Assembly (NCBI GenBank): GCA_038534095.1
Contig: JBCAXK010000009.1
Coordinates: 1 to 42,616 of the forward strand
Length of the DNA stretch: 42,616 nt
Direction of reading: 5' to 3'
Source: Chlamydiota bacterium
GTDB taxonomy: Bacteria; Chlamydiota; Chlamydiia; Chlamydiales; SM23-39
Shown here one piece after another: positions 28,291-37,196 of this stretch (position 1 is its first letter; every line of letters begins with the position of its first letter). The position numbers were made by a program, and so were the translations under genes. The notes beneath the pieces are model-generated. The model searched no databases, was not told where the DNA came from, and was given only the letters and a program-made list of their open reading frames with translations.

Positions 28291-29484
28291 ATGCAACGAA
28301 TGAAAAAAAAAACGTTTGGAGCGGCGCTTATCGTCGCAGGAACTTCAATAGGGGCGGGAATGCTAGCTTTACCTGTCGCTACATCGGCAGGAGGATTTTT
28401 CCCCGCTCTTTTCGTCTATGTTGTTTGTTGGGCTCTCATGACCATCTCTGGCCTTTTTATTTTAGAGATTGCCTTAAAAATGCCTGAAGGGAGCAATCTT
28501 GTTTCGATGGCAAGAAAGTACCTAGGAGCTCCAGGGCAAATTCTTTCTTGGATTTTGTACCTCTTTTTATTTTACTCCTTATCCACCGCTTACATCTCTT
28601 TAGGAGGCTCCTTATTAGCCGATTGGATGCAAAGCAGTTCTTTAGTAGGCTCATGGCTATTCCTCGTGTTTTTTGGTGGGATCGTGTTCTTAGGAGCTTC
28701 GTTTGTCGATAAACTCAATGAACTTCTGATGCTCGGCCTGTTTGTCTCGTACGCAGGATTCTTGTTTTTAGGATGGAGCAGCGTCCATCCTAGTTACCTC
28801 CTGAGGAGTGATATTGTTGCTGCTCTTCCCGCTCTTCCGATCATTTTTACCGCCTTTAGTTATCAAGGAACCGTACCGAGCTTAACTACCTACTTAAACC
28901 GAGATAAAAAAGAGCTCAAAAAAGCGATCATTCTTGGAACAAGTCTTGTATTTGTTGTCTACGTCATTTGGCAAGCTTTGATTCTAGGCATTATTCCTTA
29001 CGAAGGTGACGCAGGATTACAGCAAGCAAAAAAGCTTGGGGAAAGTGCTGTACAACCCTTGCGCTACCAAAATGTACCAGGTCCGATCTACCTCATCGGA
29101 GAGTGTTTTTCTTTCTTTGCGATCGCGACCTCTTTTCTTGGGGTGACGATGGGCCTATTTGATTTCCTAGCCGATGGGTTGCACGTTCGAAAGACTCTGT
29201 TAGGAAAGATATTTCTCGGTTTTGTGACCTTTCTTCCCTCTGCGTTTATTGCGATGAGTAATCCTTCCATTTTTTTTGCCGCGTTAGACTACGCGGGAGG
29301 ATTTGGATGCTCGACTCTTCTTGTGTTATTCCCTACGCTCATGATCCTTGTTTCCCGTTACAGCATGCAGGAACAGGATTCTGGCATGGTCGTCTTATCT
29401 AAATCCCTACTCTTTGCTCTTTTGTTGCTAGTATCGCTTGGGATTCTCTACCAAATTTTTCACGTGATCGCACGTTTTTTTTGA
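28291..29484 (+). CDS. tyrP: Aromatic amino acid permease (HAAAP family, TyrP/Mtr-like)
   Basis: IVAGTSIGAGMLALP, FSYQGTVPSL and ATSFLGVTMGLFDFLAD. Confidence 0.9.
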   Translation: MQRMKKKTFGAALIVAGTSIGAGMLALPVATSAGGFFPALFVYVVCWALMTISGLFILEIALKMPEGSNLVSMARKYLGAPGQILSWILYLFLFYSLSTAYISLGGSLLADWMQSSSLVGSWLFLVFFGGIVFLGASFVDKLNELLMLGLFVSYAGFLFLGWSSVHPSYLLRSDIVAALPALPIIFTAFSYQGTVPSLTTYLNRDKKELKKAIILGTSLVFVVYVIWQALILGIIPYEGDAGLQQAKKLGESAVQPLRYQNVPGPIYLIGECFSFFAIATSFLGVTMGLFDFLADGLHVRKTLLGKIFLGFVTFLPSAFIAMSNPSIFFAALDYAGGFGCSTLLVLFPTLMILVSRYSMQEQDSGMVVLSKSLLFALLLLVSLGILYQIFHVIARFF

Positions 29485-29529
29485 AAAAAACGACAGAGCT
29501 CATAATTTAACTTTTTTTAACATTAGGAG

Positions 29530-30105
29530 ATGATTATATCAGCAGTAAAGAGTATCCCAGGATCAAGCTTGTTACATGAAGCATTAGAAAGCGATAATCC
29601 TGAGAAGTGCGTGACTATCTTAACCCGGTATAATTATGAACAATGCAATGATCACGAAGTCGGGAGTCCTATATTTCGTGCTATCGAGCTCTTTCGTCAG
29701 AAAAAAGAGTGTTGTGAAGCTATTTTAAAATGGTGCGCAGCTCAGGATACAAGCAAGCTGCAATGGATGATGGGCATTGAAGATAAAAAATCATTCACAA
29801 AAAGATTTACCTATGCTCTTTTTCAGAGGTTCGAGCAAGACCAAAGAAAAATGCTCCCAATGCTAAAAAACATTTCTGGAGTTTGGAAGCGTATTTGTTC
29901 AGACTTCAATGCGCTAAAAGGTTTGAACTCTAGCTTGTGGGCGGAGAACACATTTTTACAGAAAGAGACTCAAATGACCGATCTTTCTACACAGAAGGGT
30001 GCTGAAGTTTCTGAAAATAAGGGTAAAACGTCAGAAAAAAGCCCCGAAGGTAAGGGCCCGATAGGATCGTTAACTACACAATTAAATGAAACAAAGATCT
30101 CATAA
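29530..30105 (+). CDS. Orphan hypothetical protein, paralog A
   Basis: 191-aa ORF, colinear with 30419..30997 over about 145 aa. Confidence 0.8.
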   Translation: MIISAVKSIPGSSLLHEALESDNPEKCVTILTRYNYEQCNDHEVGSPIFRAIELFRQKKECCEAILKWCAAQDTSKLQWMMGIEDKKSFTKRFTYALFQRFEQDQRKMLPMLKNISGVWKRICSDFNALKGLNSSLWAENTFLQKETQMTDLSTQKGAEVSENKGKTSEKSPEGKGPIGSLTTQLNETKIS

Positions 30106-30418
30106 ACGTCTATTTCTTTACTGAGGTTTAGTTGAGGGATTGTTCCTTCGAGAAGAGGAGCCAGAAAAAACGTGAGTAGTTCATTGTTTTTTCTGGCCGA
30201 CTTTTCCGGTGATAAATAAGAACATCTTTCTAAAAAAGCTTCCTCAAGATGGTCTTGGATTGGTAGCACCTTTTAGCCGAAGAGCTTTTTGACCGCCTTG
30301 CCTCTATCTAGATGTCTGTGGAGCCTACTAGCTACCCTTGAGATCGTCGATTGCCTTTGAAAAAAAATGATAGCCCGTGTAAAGTATCCCTTTCGATGAT
30401 TGAAATTGGGAGGTTATT

Positions 30419-30997
30419 GTGTCGGGAATAAGTCAAGTAAGTTCAAGTAAAGCATTTCAGTTAGCATTACAGAAGAATAATTCCGAAGAATGCGCTCGTC
30501 TTTTAGATACATATACATATAAAAAACTTTCTTATGCAGAAGTGGACACTCCTCTAGCTCAGGTAATATATTATTATCCGCAAAAAAAGGCTTGTTTTGA
30601 TGCTGTTTTACAGTGGTACTCCGCTCAGGGGTCAAGGCAATTGCAGTCTTTAATTGCGTGTGAAAAAGAGCAGAAATTCCAAAACAGATTTACTTACCGC
30701 CTTTTTAGTAAAAGAGATCAACAACAAAAAGAGATTATCCCAACATTGCAAAAAATTTCAGGTCTATGGGCCATGGTGTTTGAGGATCTCCCACAGTTAA
30801 AAATAAACAACATTTCATTGTGGTCTGAAAACAGATATTTACGGTCTGAAATAGAAAAAATGCCGGTTAAAACAACAGGTCGTCAGGAATTTTTCCTCTC
30901 AGGTTTTAAAGAATCTCTTCCTTTCAGCTATTTACCAACTCGGAGCGCTGTAAACAAAAAATTAGCAAGTCTCTATAACGCCTTTTTTAATGGTTAG
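30419..30997 (+). CDS. Orphan hypothetical protein, paralog B
   Basis: 192-aa ORF with GGGAGG RBS and TTGAAA-17-TAAAGT (30357-30385) upstream. Shares QKK.C..A.L.W..AQ, RFTY.LF, ISG.W and SLW.EN with paralog A. Confidence 0.8.
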   Translation: MSGISQVSSSKAFQLALQKNNSEECARLLDTYTYKKLSYAEVDTPLAQVIYYYPQKKACFDAVLQWYSAQGSRQLQSLIACEKEQKFQNRFTYRLFSKRDQQQKEIIPTLQKISGLWAMVFEDLPQLKINNISLWSENRYLRSEIEKMPVKTTGRQEFFLSGFKESLPFSYLPTRSAVNKKLASLYNAFFNG

Positions 30998-31051
30998 AAT
31001 GAATTTTTCATCTGAAGTAGTGTAAGATCAAGCTGCCTTCTAAAATTTTTT

Positions 31052-31087
31052 GCCGTTTTTTGTGAAAAAACAAAAAACGGCTTTCTT
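31052..31087 (+). terminator. Putative intrinsic terminator
   Basis: Perfect 11-bp stem GCCGTTTTTTG / CAAAAAACGGC with an 8-nt loop, followed by TTTCTT, 55 nt after the paralog B stop. Confidence 0.55.
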
Positions 31088-31267
31088 GAACCTTTAGTAC
31101 GTTAGTCCGCATGGCTCCCTAGCTTTAGAGCATGGGAAAACTTTTTCTCTTTTTAAAAAAATGCCCCTTTTTCGAAGGGCCGTTTCTCGTCTTTTTATGC
31201 CTAATAAAATCGGCATTTGTTCTATCCCCCCTTTGCGAATAATCTTTCGATAAATTATGAGGTAATT

Positions 31268-31894
31268 ATGCGTAAATTGCTTGTGATCATCACAATGTTT
31301 GTCACCTCGTACATTGTTTATTACTATCTAGAGTACCGTAGTCAGGGTAGCGTAAAAGTCTCTCTTGTAACAGAAGGGCACCCCGCTCAAGGAACGGGCA
31401 ATGTGAGTATTGTCACGTTTCAAGACCTAAGATGTTCTGGTTGCAGATACTTCTATCATCATACGTATCCTAAGTTAAAAAAGCGGTATATCGATACGGG
31501 GAAGGTGCGCTATGTGGTGATTCCTCTCGCTTTTTTGCCAGGGTCAAAAGAGCTTGCTCATGGAGCGTTAGTGGCGCAGACTTTCGGAGATGCCTACTTT
31601 TTTGCCTATATCGAGTTTCTCTATGAGAATGGGCATAGACAGAATGATTCTACCGAAACGTTATTGCAAAAAGCAGTGATGGCAAGTGGGGTTCCAAAAG
31701 ACGCTTTTCAAAAGAGGGCAGCCCTTTTTGATAGTGAAAAGGGCCTTGAGAGTAATTTTCAACAAGCAAAACAGGCAATGGGACAAATTGCGACTCCTGG
31801 GATTTTTGTCGAAGGAGCCGATCTTTCAGAGGCTTCGCTCCGCGACATGATCCGTTACATCGATCGGAAGGTGTGGGAAAGTGGCCATGAATAA
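31268..31894 (+). CDS. DsbA-family (BdbD-like) thiol-disulfide oxidoreductase
   Basis: N-terminal anchor, FQDLRCSGC (CxxC), YIDTGKV and cis-Pro ATP. GAGGT RBS before ATG 31268. Confidence 0.9.
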   Translation: MRKLLVIITMFVTSYIVYYYLEYRSQGSVKVSLVTEGHPAQGTGNVSIVTFQDLRCSGCRYFYHHTYPKLKKRYIDTGKVRYVVIPLAFLPGSKELAHGALVAQTFGDAYFFAYIEFLYENGHRQNDSTETLLQKAVMASGVPKDAFQKRAALFDSEKGLESNFQQAKQAMGQIATPGIFVEGADLSEASLRDMIRYIDRKVWESGHE

Positions 31895-32297
31895 GACCAT
31901 TTTTCTGTATGTGGCTTGGATCATTGCAATTTTGGGAACATTGGGCAGCTGGTTTTTTGGAGAAGGCTCAGGCCTAAAGCCTTGCCCCTTATGTTGGTAC
32001 CAGCGCGTTTGCTTGTTTCCGCTCGTTCCGATTCTAGGGGTGGCGGTTTATAAAAATTTTGTTCCGATTTGGCAGTATGTGATTTATCAAATCTTTGCAG
32101 GGATGTTTTTTGCCATTTACCAGTTGTTGCAAGATTATATGCCAGGAAAACAGATGTTTTGCGGGAAGGCAAAGGCTTGCATTTCTAAAGATGTTATTGC
32201 CCACATCCCTTTTCCTTTCCTGAGTTTCATCGCCTTTTTGTCGATTTTTGTGTGCCTACTATGCGCCATTTTTTTTCAAAAAAAGAAAAAAACTTAA
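31881..32297 (+). CDS. dsbB: Disulfide bond formation protein B (BdbC-like)
   Basis: PCPLCWYQRVCLFP, a second Cys pair CGKAKAC and four TM segments. Confidence 0.92.
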   Translation: MAMNKTIFLYVAWIIAILGTLGSWFFGEGSGLKPCPLCWYQRVCLFPLVPILGVAVYKNFVPIWQYVIYQIFAGMFFAIYQLLQDYMPGKQMFCGKAKACISKDVIAHIPFPFLSFIAFLSIFVCLLCAIFFQKKKKT

Positions 32298-32363
32298 AAT
32301 AAAATTTATCCTTCTATACAGTGAAAAATGGATTGTAGATATATTCAAATAAGGAAGAGTTTT

Positions 32364-32618
32364 ATGAAAATTGATGTGAAATGTTTGAGCCTTGCTGTAG
32401 GATTTGGTTGGGCGGTTGCGTGTTTTGTTTTTGGAATTACCTCTGCTATCGACTGGGGAACATCGTTTGTCGATGTGATGTCTTCTATTTATATAGGCTA
32501 CCGGCCAGGAATATTAGGCGCCATTATTGGAGCTGTCTGGGGTTTTGTTGGGGGCGCTATTTACGGCTTTTTGATCGGCTCTTGCTACAACTATTGTTTA
32601 GGAAAAGGGCAGAATTAG
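32364..32618 (+). CDS. Small two-TM membrane protein of the family usually annotated 'bacteriophage holin'
   Basis: 84 aa, Gly-rich: SSIYIGYRPGILGAIIGAVWGFVGGAIYG..YN. AAGGAAG RBS. Confidence 0.7.
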   Translation: MKIDVKCLSLAVGFGWAVACFVFGITSAIDWGTSFVDVMSSIYIGYRPGILGAIIGAVWGFVGGAIYGFLIGSCYNYCLGKGQN

Positions 32619-32635
32619 GTCGCTTTGGATTTTCT

Positions 32636-33595
32636 ATGCAACGATCCATCGTCGCTTTAGCTCTTTTATTTGGCATAATCCCTTGGCAAGAGGGGTATGC
32701 CTTTTTCCCCACATCTTCCCGCAGAAATGTGCGCTGGTACCGTTCCTATGAGGAGGCGAGGCTCGAAAATAAGCCGCTACTCGTCTACCTCTCTGGGAAC
32801 AATCTTTGGGCAAAAAAACTGGAAAAAGAGATCTTTGCAGATACGCTTTTTCAGCGAAAAGTGGGTAAAGCATTCTCCCTAGTTCAGGTAAAAGAGCTTC
32901 CGAAAACTTTGCCGTTTTCTGTAGAAGCAGAGCCTATAGTTCTCTTAATTGATCAAAACCATGATCTGATTGGAACGCTTGGTTTTTTGCCCATTTCTCC
33001 TGAGGAATATGCCGATTTTGTTTTGGAGCGTTTAGGGGAATATCATGAGATGCAAAACGCTCTTCGTGGAGACCTTTCTAGTTTGGTTTTGGAAAAGCTC
33101 TACGAAAAGGCAAAAGCTCTTGGTTGCCCTTCTTTAGAAAAAGCGATTTTTTCCCGAGGCATTGTTGATCCTTCTACGACCTATTTTTTATTAGAAAAAT
33201 ATAGGGAACTACAAGGAAGTCACGCAGAAACGCTCCAAGGAAGAGAGCATCTTCGGGGACAAATCATAGAAAGGGATCCCAATAATGTGCGTAAAAGTTT
33301 TTACCGCTTAGCTCTTTTAGATTTTCAGTACCTTGTCGGTACTTCTGAGAAAAGTTCTGATCCTAAAAAAACAGCGCAGCCCTTAACCGACTATGTAACG
33401 CGCTTTCCCGAGGATGACGAGCATGGATGGAAAGTGGAAATGATGGTTTCTCAATACTTTTTCACAAAAGGGCTTCTTCATGATGCGCTTTTACATGCAA
33501 GATCGTGCTATAAAAAAGCCCCACTAGCCATTAGAAAGGAAGTCGCTCGTTCGATTCAACATATCCGAGGGGAAATCCGTGAGGAAAAACGGTGA
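32636..33595 (+). CDS. Exported thioredoxin-fold protein without CxxC (CT783-like)
   Basis: Signal peptide, WYRSYEEARLENKPLLVYLSG..WAKKLEKEIF and a helical/TPR-like C-terminus. True start ATG 32636; the track's 32381 start runs through the upstream gene. Confidence 0.7.
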   Translation: MQRSIVALALLFGIIPWQEGYAFFPTSSRRNVRWYRSYEEARLENKPLLVYLSGNNLWAKKLEKEIFADTLFQRKVGKAFSLVQVKELPKTLPFSVEAEPIVLLIDQNHDLIGTLGFLPISPEEYADFVLERLGEYHEMQNALRGDLSSLVLEKLYEKAKALGCPSLEKAIFSRGIVDPSTTYFLLEKYRELQGSHAETLQGREHLRGQIIERDPNNVRKSFYRLALLDFQYLVGTSEKSSDPKKTAQPLTDYVTRFPEDDEHGWKVEMMVSQYFFTKGLLHDALLHARSCYKKAPLAIRKEVARSIQHIRGEIREEKR

Positions 33596-33712
33596 GCTTG
33601 CAAGTTTTTAGCGCAAACTTTCTTGCTTCATCAGGAAGTCTGTTCTTTAAGAATGGCTAGAATGCCCTTGGAGAAGGTGCTAGAAGAAATCGTCTCTGCT
33701 ATCTTTTTTCTA

Positions 33713-33729
33713 AGGCAGAAGGCCTGCCT
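33713..33729. terminator. Possible terminator hairpin between convergent genes
   Basis: AGGCAG-aaggc-CTGCCT 6-bp stem with T-rich flanks. Confidence 0.3.
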
Positions 33730-33787
33730 AAACATTTTTATCAAGAATATAGCCGCTCCTTAGTAAGATCTAGTCGTAGGAGGGCAC

Positions 33788-35689
33788 CTAGGCTCGAAAA
33801 GATTCGACTTGCAGGCAAGATTTGGGAATTTCAAACAGAAAACGGGAGGGGTTGCTTGGAGCTTCCTTGCCAAATTTTTTCCGCTTTTTCGCCATGCTCA
33901 GGCAGAGGTATTCCTGCGCTCTTGTGATCGCTACATAGAATAGTCTCCTCTCTTCTTCTTGGTTATGATTTTTTTCGTGAGGGACAATGTGGTCTTCGAG
34001 ACCAACTAAAAAGCAGGCTTTGAATTCGAGGCCTTTGGCGCTGTGGAATGTCATGAGCTTGACCGTATTTTCCTCTGAGCGGCGGTTTAGCGGGATTCTT
34101 GTTAAAGAAGAAGCAGACACAAAATCCTCTAGAGGAGAATCGGGAAACTCCTCTTCAAACTGCTCGAGACTTTGTAAAAAAGCCTCGACATTTTCCCATT
34201 TGAACTGGCGCATTTTTTCACTTTTCACATCCTCTTCAATGGCAGTTTTGTACGAGATGTCTTCCAAAAATTTCCGGAGAGTGGGCGCGTAGGGAGGTTT
34301 TTTGAGCATTTCTTTGGTCTCTTCCATGATCGAAAGAAAGTTCTCGATAGATGCTTTGGCTTTTTTACTCACCGGTTCGTTTTGAATAGTTTCTAAAAGC
34401 TGATACAGAGGAACTTGTTCGCTCCGCGCTTTTTTTGTGAGGATATCCAAAGTTTTATCAGAAATCCCTTTTCGAGGGACGTTGATGATTCTAAGAAGAG
34501 ACTCTTGATCGAGAGGATTGAGAAGAGTTTTTAGATAAGCGCTCACATCTTTAATTTCGGCTCTTTCAGAAAAAGAGAGCCCTCCAAATACTTCGTAGGG
34601 GATCCCTTGGACGAGCTTCCCCTCGTGCCAGTAACTGGTAGCAAGAAGCGCTTTTTCTAAGGTTCTTGCTAAAATATTTGACCGGTATAAAATCGCAATG
34701 TCTCCAAAGTTGAGCGAACGGTTGGTGATGAGAAGTAACAGGCGAGAGACAACAGCTTTGGCCTCTTCTTCGTCGCTAGGGGCGTGGAAGATCGATACTT
34801 TGGAGGTGTCTTGTTTATCACACCATAACCGTTTTTCATAACGGGTTTTGTTGTTCCGGATGACATGGTTTGCTGTTTCTAAGATTAGAGGAATTGAGCG
34901 GTAATTTTGTTCTAGTTTGATCGTGGAATCTGCTCGAAACGTTAAAATATTTTTCATTTCTGCTCCCCGAAATCCGTAAATCGATTGATCATCATCTCCT
35001 ACCACAAACAGATTTTGGTGCTTTGCGGCGAGTAACTCTGCTAAACGGAACTGAACGGGGTTGGTGTCTTGGTATTCATCAATCGAAATGTAGAGAAACC
35101 GTTCTTGGTACTTTTCAAGTACTTGGGGGTGGTTCTCAAAAAGGGTGCAAGTGACTAGCAAAAGGTGGTCAAAGTCGAGCGCGTTGTACGCTCTCATTGC
35201 TGTGGAGAGCCGCTCAAGGATTTCTTGAATGCGGGGGTCTTTCCCTTCGAGTTGCCCTTTCGTGCGCGCTTCTAAGGCTTCTTGCACAAAAAGAGAGAGG
35301 GATTCTTTTTCTTCGTCGATGTACTCTTTGGCGAGGGTTTTTAGCACTCTTTGCATATCTTTTTCATCGTAGAGGCTAAAGGTTTTTGTATAGCCTAGAT
35401 GATGAATATCTTCCCGAAGAACGCGAACGCAGAAGCTGTGAAAGGTCGTGAGAAGCACTTGTTCTGCCCGTTTTCCCAAAGCTTCTTTTAGCCGTGATTG
35501 CATCTCTTTCGCAGCTTTGTTGGTGAAGGTTAATCCCAAAATTGCTGAGGGAGACACGTTTCTTTGTAGAATCAGATGGAGGATTCTTTGGATAATGACC
35601 CGGGTTTTGCCCGACCCTGCTCCTGCAAGAACGAGGACGCGCCCTCCAAACGATTGGACCGCTTTTTTTTGTTCAGGATTGAGTTTCAT
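33788..35689 (-). CDS. uvrD: UvrD/Rep/PcrA family SF1 DNA helicase
   Basis: AGAGSGKT, TFTNKAA, DEYQDTN, VGDDDQSIYGFRGA, LEQNYRS, TFHSAKGLEF and EERRLFYVAITRA. Confidence 0.92.
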   Translation of the reverse strand: MKLNPEQKKAVQSFGGRVLVLAGAGSGKTRVIIQRILHLILQRNVSPSAILGLTFTNKAAKEMQSRLKEALGKRAEQVLLTTFHSFCVRVLREDIHHLGYTKTFSLYDEKDMQRVLKTLAKEYIDEEKESLSLFVQEALEARTKGQLEGKDPRIQEILERLSTAMRAYNALDFDHLLLVTCTLFENHPQVLEKYQERFLYISIDEYQDTNPVQFRLAELLAAKHQNLFVVGDDDQSIYGFRGAEMKNILTFRADSTIKLEQNYRSIPLILETANHVIRNNKTRYEKRLWCDKQDTSKVSIFHAPSDEEEAKAVVSRLLLLITNRSLNFGDIAILYRSNILARTLEKALLATSYWHEGKLVQGIPYEVFGGLSFSERAEIKDVSAYLKTLLNPLDQESLLRIINVPRKGISDKTLDILTKKARSEQVPLYQLLETIQNEPVSKKAKASIENFLSIMEETKEMLKKPPYAPTLRKFLEDISYKTAIEEDVKSEKMRQFKWENVEAFLQSLEQFEEEFPDSPLEDFVSASSLTRIPLNRRSEENTVKLMTFHSAKGLEFKACFLVGLEDHIVPHEKNHNQEEERRLFYVAITRAQEYLCLSMAKKRKKFGKEAPSNPSRFLFEIPKSCLQVESFRA

Positions 35690-36005
35690 GGATGAGAGTG
35701 GTCATTTCTTGCGCGATATCGGTCATTTTTGCCTCCTTGGCTTTTTGCCTGGGGGACACATGAATCAGGGATCCTGGGGGAAGGTCAGAGTAGATCGCTC
35801 GAAACGCCTCTCTTGCAATTCTTTTGAACCGGTTCCTATCGGGAGCATGCCCAAACTTTTTGGGAGCGGTGATGCCCAATTTTGCGTAGGGCTGATTTGT
35901 CATTTGCACATTTAGAAAAAAAAACTTTCCCTGCTTCCGCGAAGAGTTTTTCAATAATCTCCGATATTCGATTCTTTTTTTGATCCGCAAGCGTTTAGGC
36001 AGCAA
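35673..36005 (-). CDS. rnpA: Ribonuclease P protein component
   Basis: [27 protein letters not shown] (RNR motif). Directly downstream of rpmH. Confidence 0.95.
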   Translation of the reverse strand: MLPKRLRIKKRIEYRRLLKNSSRKQGKFFFLNVQMTNQPYAKLGITAPKKFGHAPDRNRFKRIAREAFRAIYSDLPPGSLIHVSPRQKAKEAKMTDIAQEMTTLIHETQS

Positions 36006-36129
36006 GGGATTTTCGCCCTTTTTGCCGTCTTCTTTGCAGAATCTTTCGGCCAGAGGCAGTTTGCATGCGGGCCCGAAAGCCGTGTGTTCTTTTCCTTTTC
36101 CGATTGCTAGGTTGGTATGTTCTTTTCAT
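35995..36129 (-). CDS. rpmH: 50S ribosomal protein L34 (not in ORF track)
   Basis: Hand translation: [44 protein letters not shown]. Confidence 0.97.
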   Translation of the reverse strand: MKRTYQPSNRKRKRTHGFRARMQTASGRKILQRRRQKGRKSLAA

Positions 36130-36254
36130 AGATCGTCTCCAAAATTACTATAAAAATAGCAAACAAGTGGAAAAATTCTCAACAGAAAAGATTGCCTCGA
36201 AAAGGGAAAAAAGATATAAATGGAGCATTATTACTGAATTATTAGGGAATTTTT

Positions 36255-36392
36255 ATGAAGTGTAAATCATCTGTAAAAGCCGATCCTTCCAAAGGGGATA
36301 AAATTGTGCGCCGCCGCGGAAGAGTTTATGTCATCAATAAACAAGACCCGAATCGTAAACAGCGGCAAACTGGGCCCGCTCTAAAAAAATAA
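36255..36392 (+). CDS. rpmJ: 50S ribosomal protein L36, chlamydial Zn-ribbon-less type (not in ORF track)
   Basis: Hand translation: [45 protein letters not shown]. Confidence 0.95.
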   Translation: MKCKSSVKADPSKGDKIVRRRGRVYVINKQDPNRKQRQTGPALKK

Positions 36393-36406
36393 TTAGGAAG
36401 GGATGT

Positions 36407-36712
36407 ATGGCGAGAAAATCTGCAATCGCAAAGCAAAAACGACGACAAAAAATGGTCAATGAAAAGTGGTCTAAAAGACAAAACTTAAAAAAAGTTATCA
36501 TTGACCCTACCAAGAGTGATGAAGAGCGGCACGAAGCGATGATGAAACTCAACAAGATGCCAAAAAATTCTTCCAAAGTGCGACTTCGCAATCGTTGTCT
36601 TGTTACAGGGAGATGTCGGGGATATATGAGCAAATTTCAACTTTCTCGTCTCTGTTTTCGAGAATTTGCTTTAAGTGGATACATTCCAGGTATGACAAAA
36701 GCTTCTTGGTAG
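36407..36712 (+). CDS. rpsN: 30S ribosomal protein S14 (long form)
   Basis: PKNSSKVRLRNRCLVTGRCRG and IPGMTKASW. Confidence 0.97.
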   Translation: MARKSAIAKQKRRQKMVNEKWSKRQNLKKVIIDPTKSDEERHEAMMKLNKMPKNSSKVRLRNRCLVTGRCRGYMSKFQLSRLCFREFALSGYIPGMTKASW

Positions 36713-36721
36713 AAGCTTTTT

Positions 36722-37117
36722 TTACATTTCGTCTTGCAAAACATTCTTGAACGGGGTGTTTTGCAATCTTTCCCAATGTTTCATCCCTTCGCTCCAGATA
36801 TAGGAATCTTTTGATAGAAGATCCTTTTGTAGCATCTCTTGAATCTTACGAGAACTTACAGGCCCCATCTGCTTGCTTTTCTCATCGAGGTAAAACCAAA
36901 GCCCCTCAACCTCAATAGAAAAAAATTTGAGATTTTTCGTTGTTTTCTGCTCTTTCCCTCGTAATAAGTAGAGGACGACAATCGCAAGAGGACCAAATAG
37001 CAGGGTCCAAAAAAACCAAGCTTTCCAACGAAGCCCTTTCTTTGCAGCAAGTTCTGCGGCTAACGTAGCAAAGAGCAAAAGAAAAATAAAGCCGAAGGTT
37101 TGTTCTGTAGTGAGCAT
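36722..37117 (-). CDS. Membrane-anchored GYF_2 (DUF4339) domain protein
   Basis: Two TM helices, then WFYLD...QMGPVS and YIWSEGMKHW. Confidence 0.85.
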   Translation of the reverse strand: MLTTEQTFGFIFLLLFATLAAELAAKKGLRWKAWFFWTLLFGPLAIVVLYLLRGKEQKTTKNLKFFSIEVEGLWFYLDEKSKQMGPVSSRKIQEMLQKDLLSKDSYIWSEGMKHWERLQNTPFKNVLQDEM

Positions 37118-37196
37118 TTTTATAAAAAGGGTCTTGGTTTACGGGAATACACCTGTTATTATATACGTAACTTGAAAAATTTTTGAAGGGATTTTT

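Noticed and set aside
32364..32618. Prophage suggested by a holin-family gene
   Set aside because: No endolysin, integrase, capsid or other phage genes in the window.
32381..32635. 85-codon N-terminal extension of the 404-aa ORF overlapping the holin-like gene
   Set aside because: It is the alternative frame of the real small membrane gene. The signal peptide begins at ATG 32636.
33788..35689. Helicase as part of an anti-phage defence system
   Set aside because: Ordinary UvrD/Rep motifs, coupled to rpmH-rnpA, with no partner nuclease.
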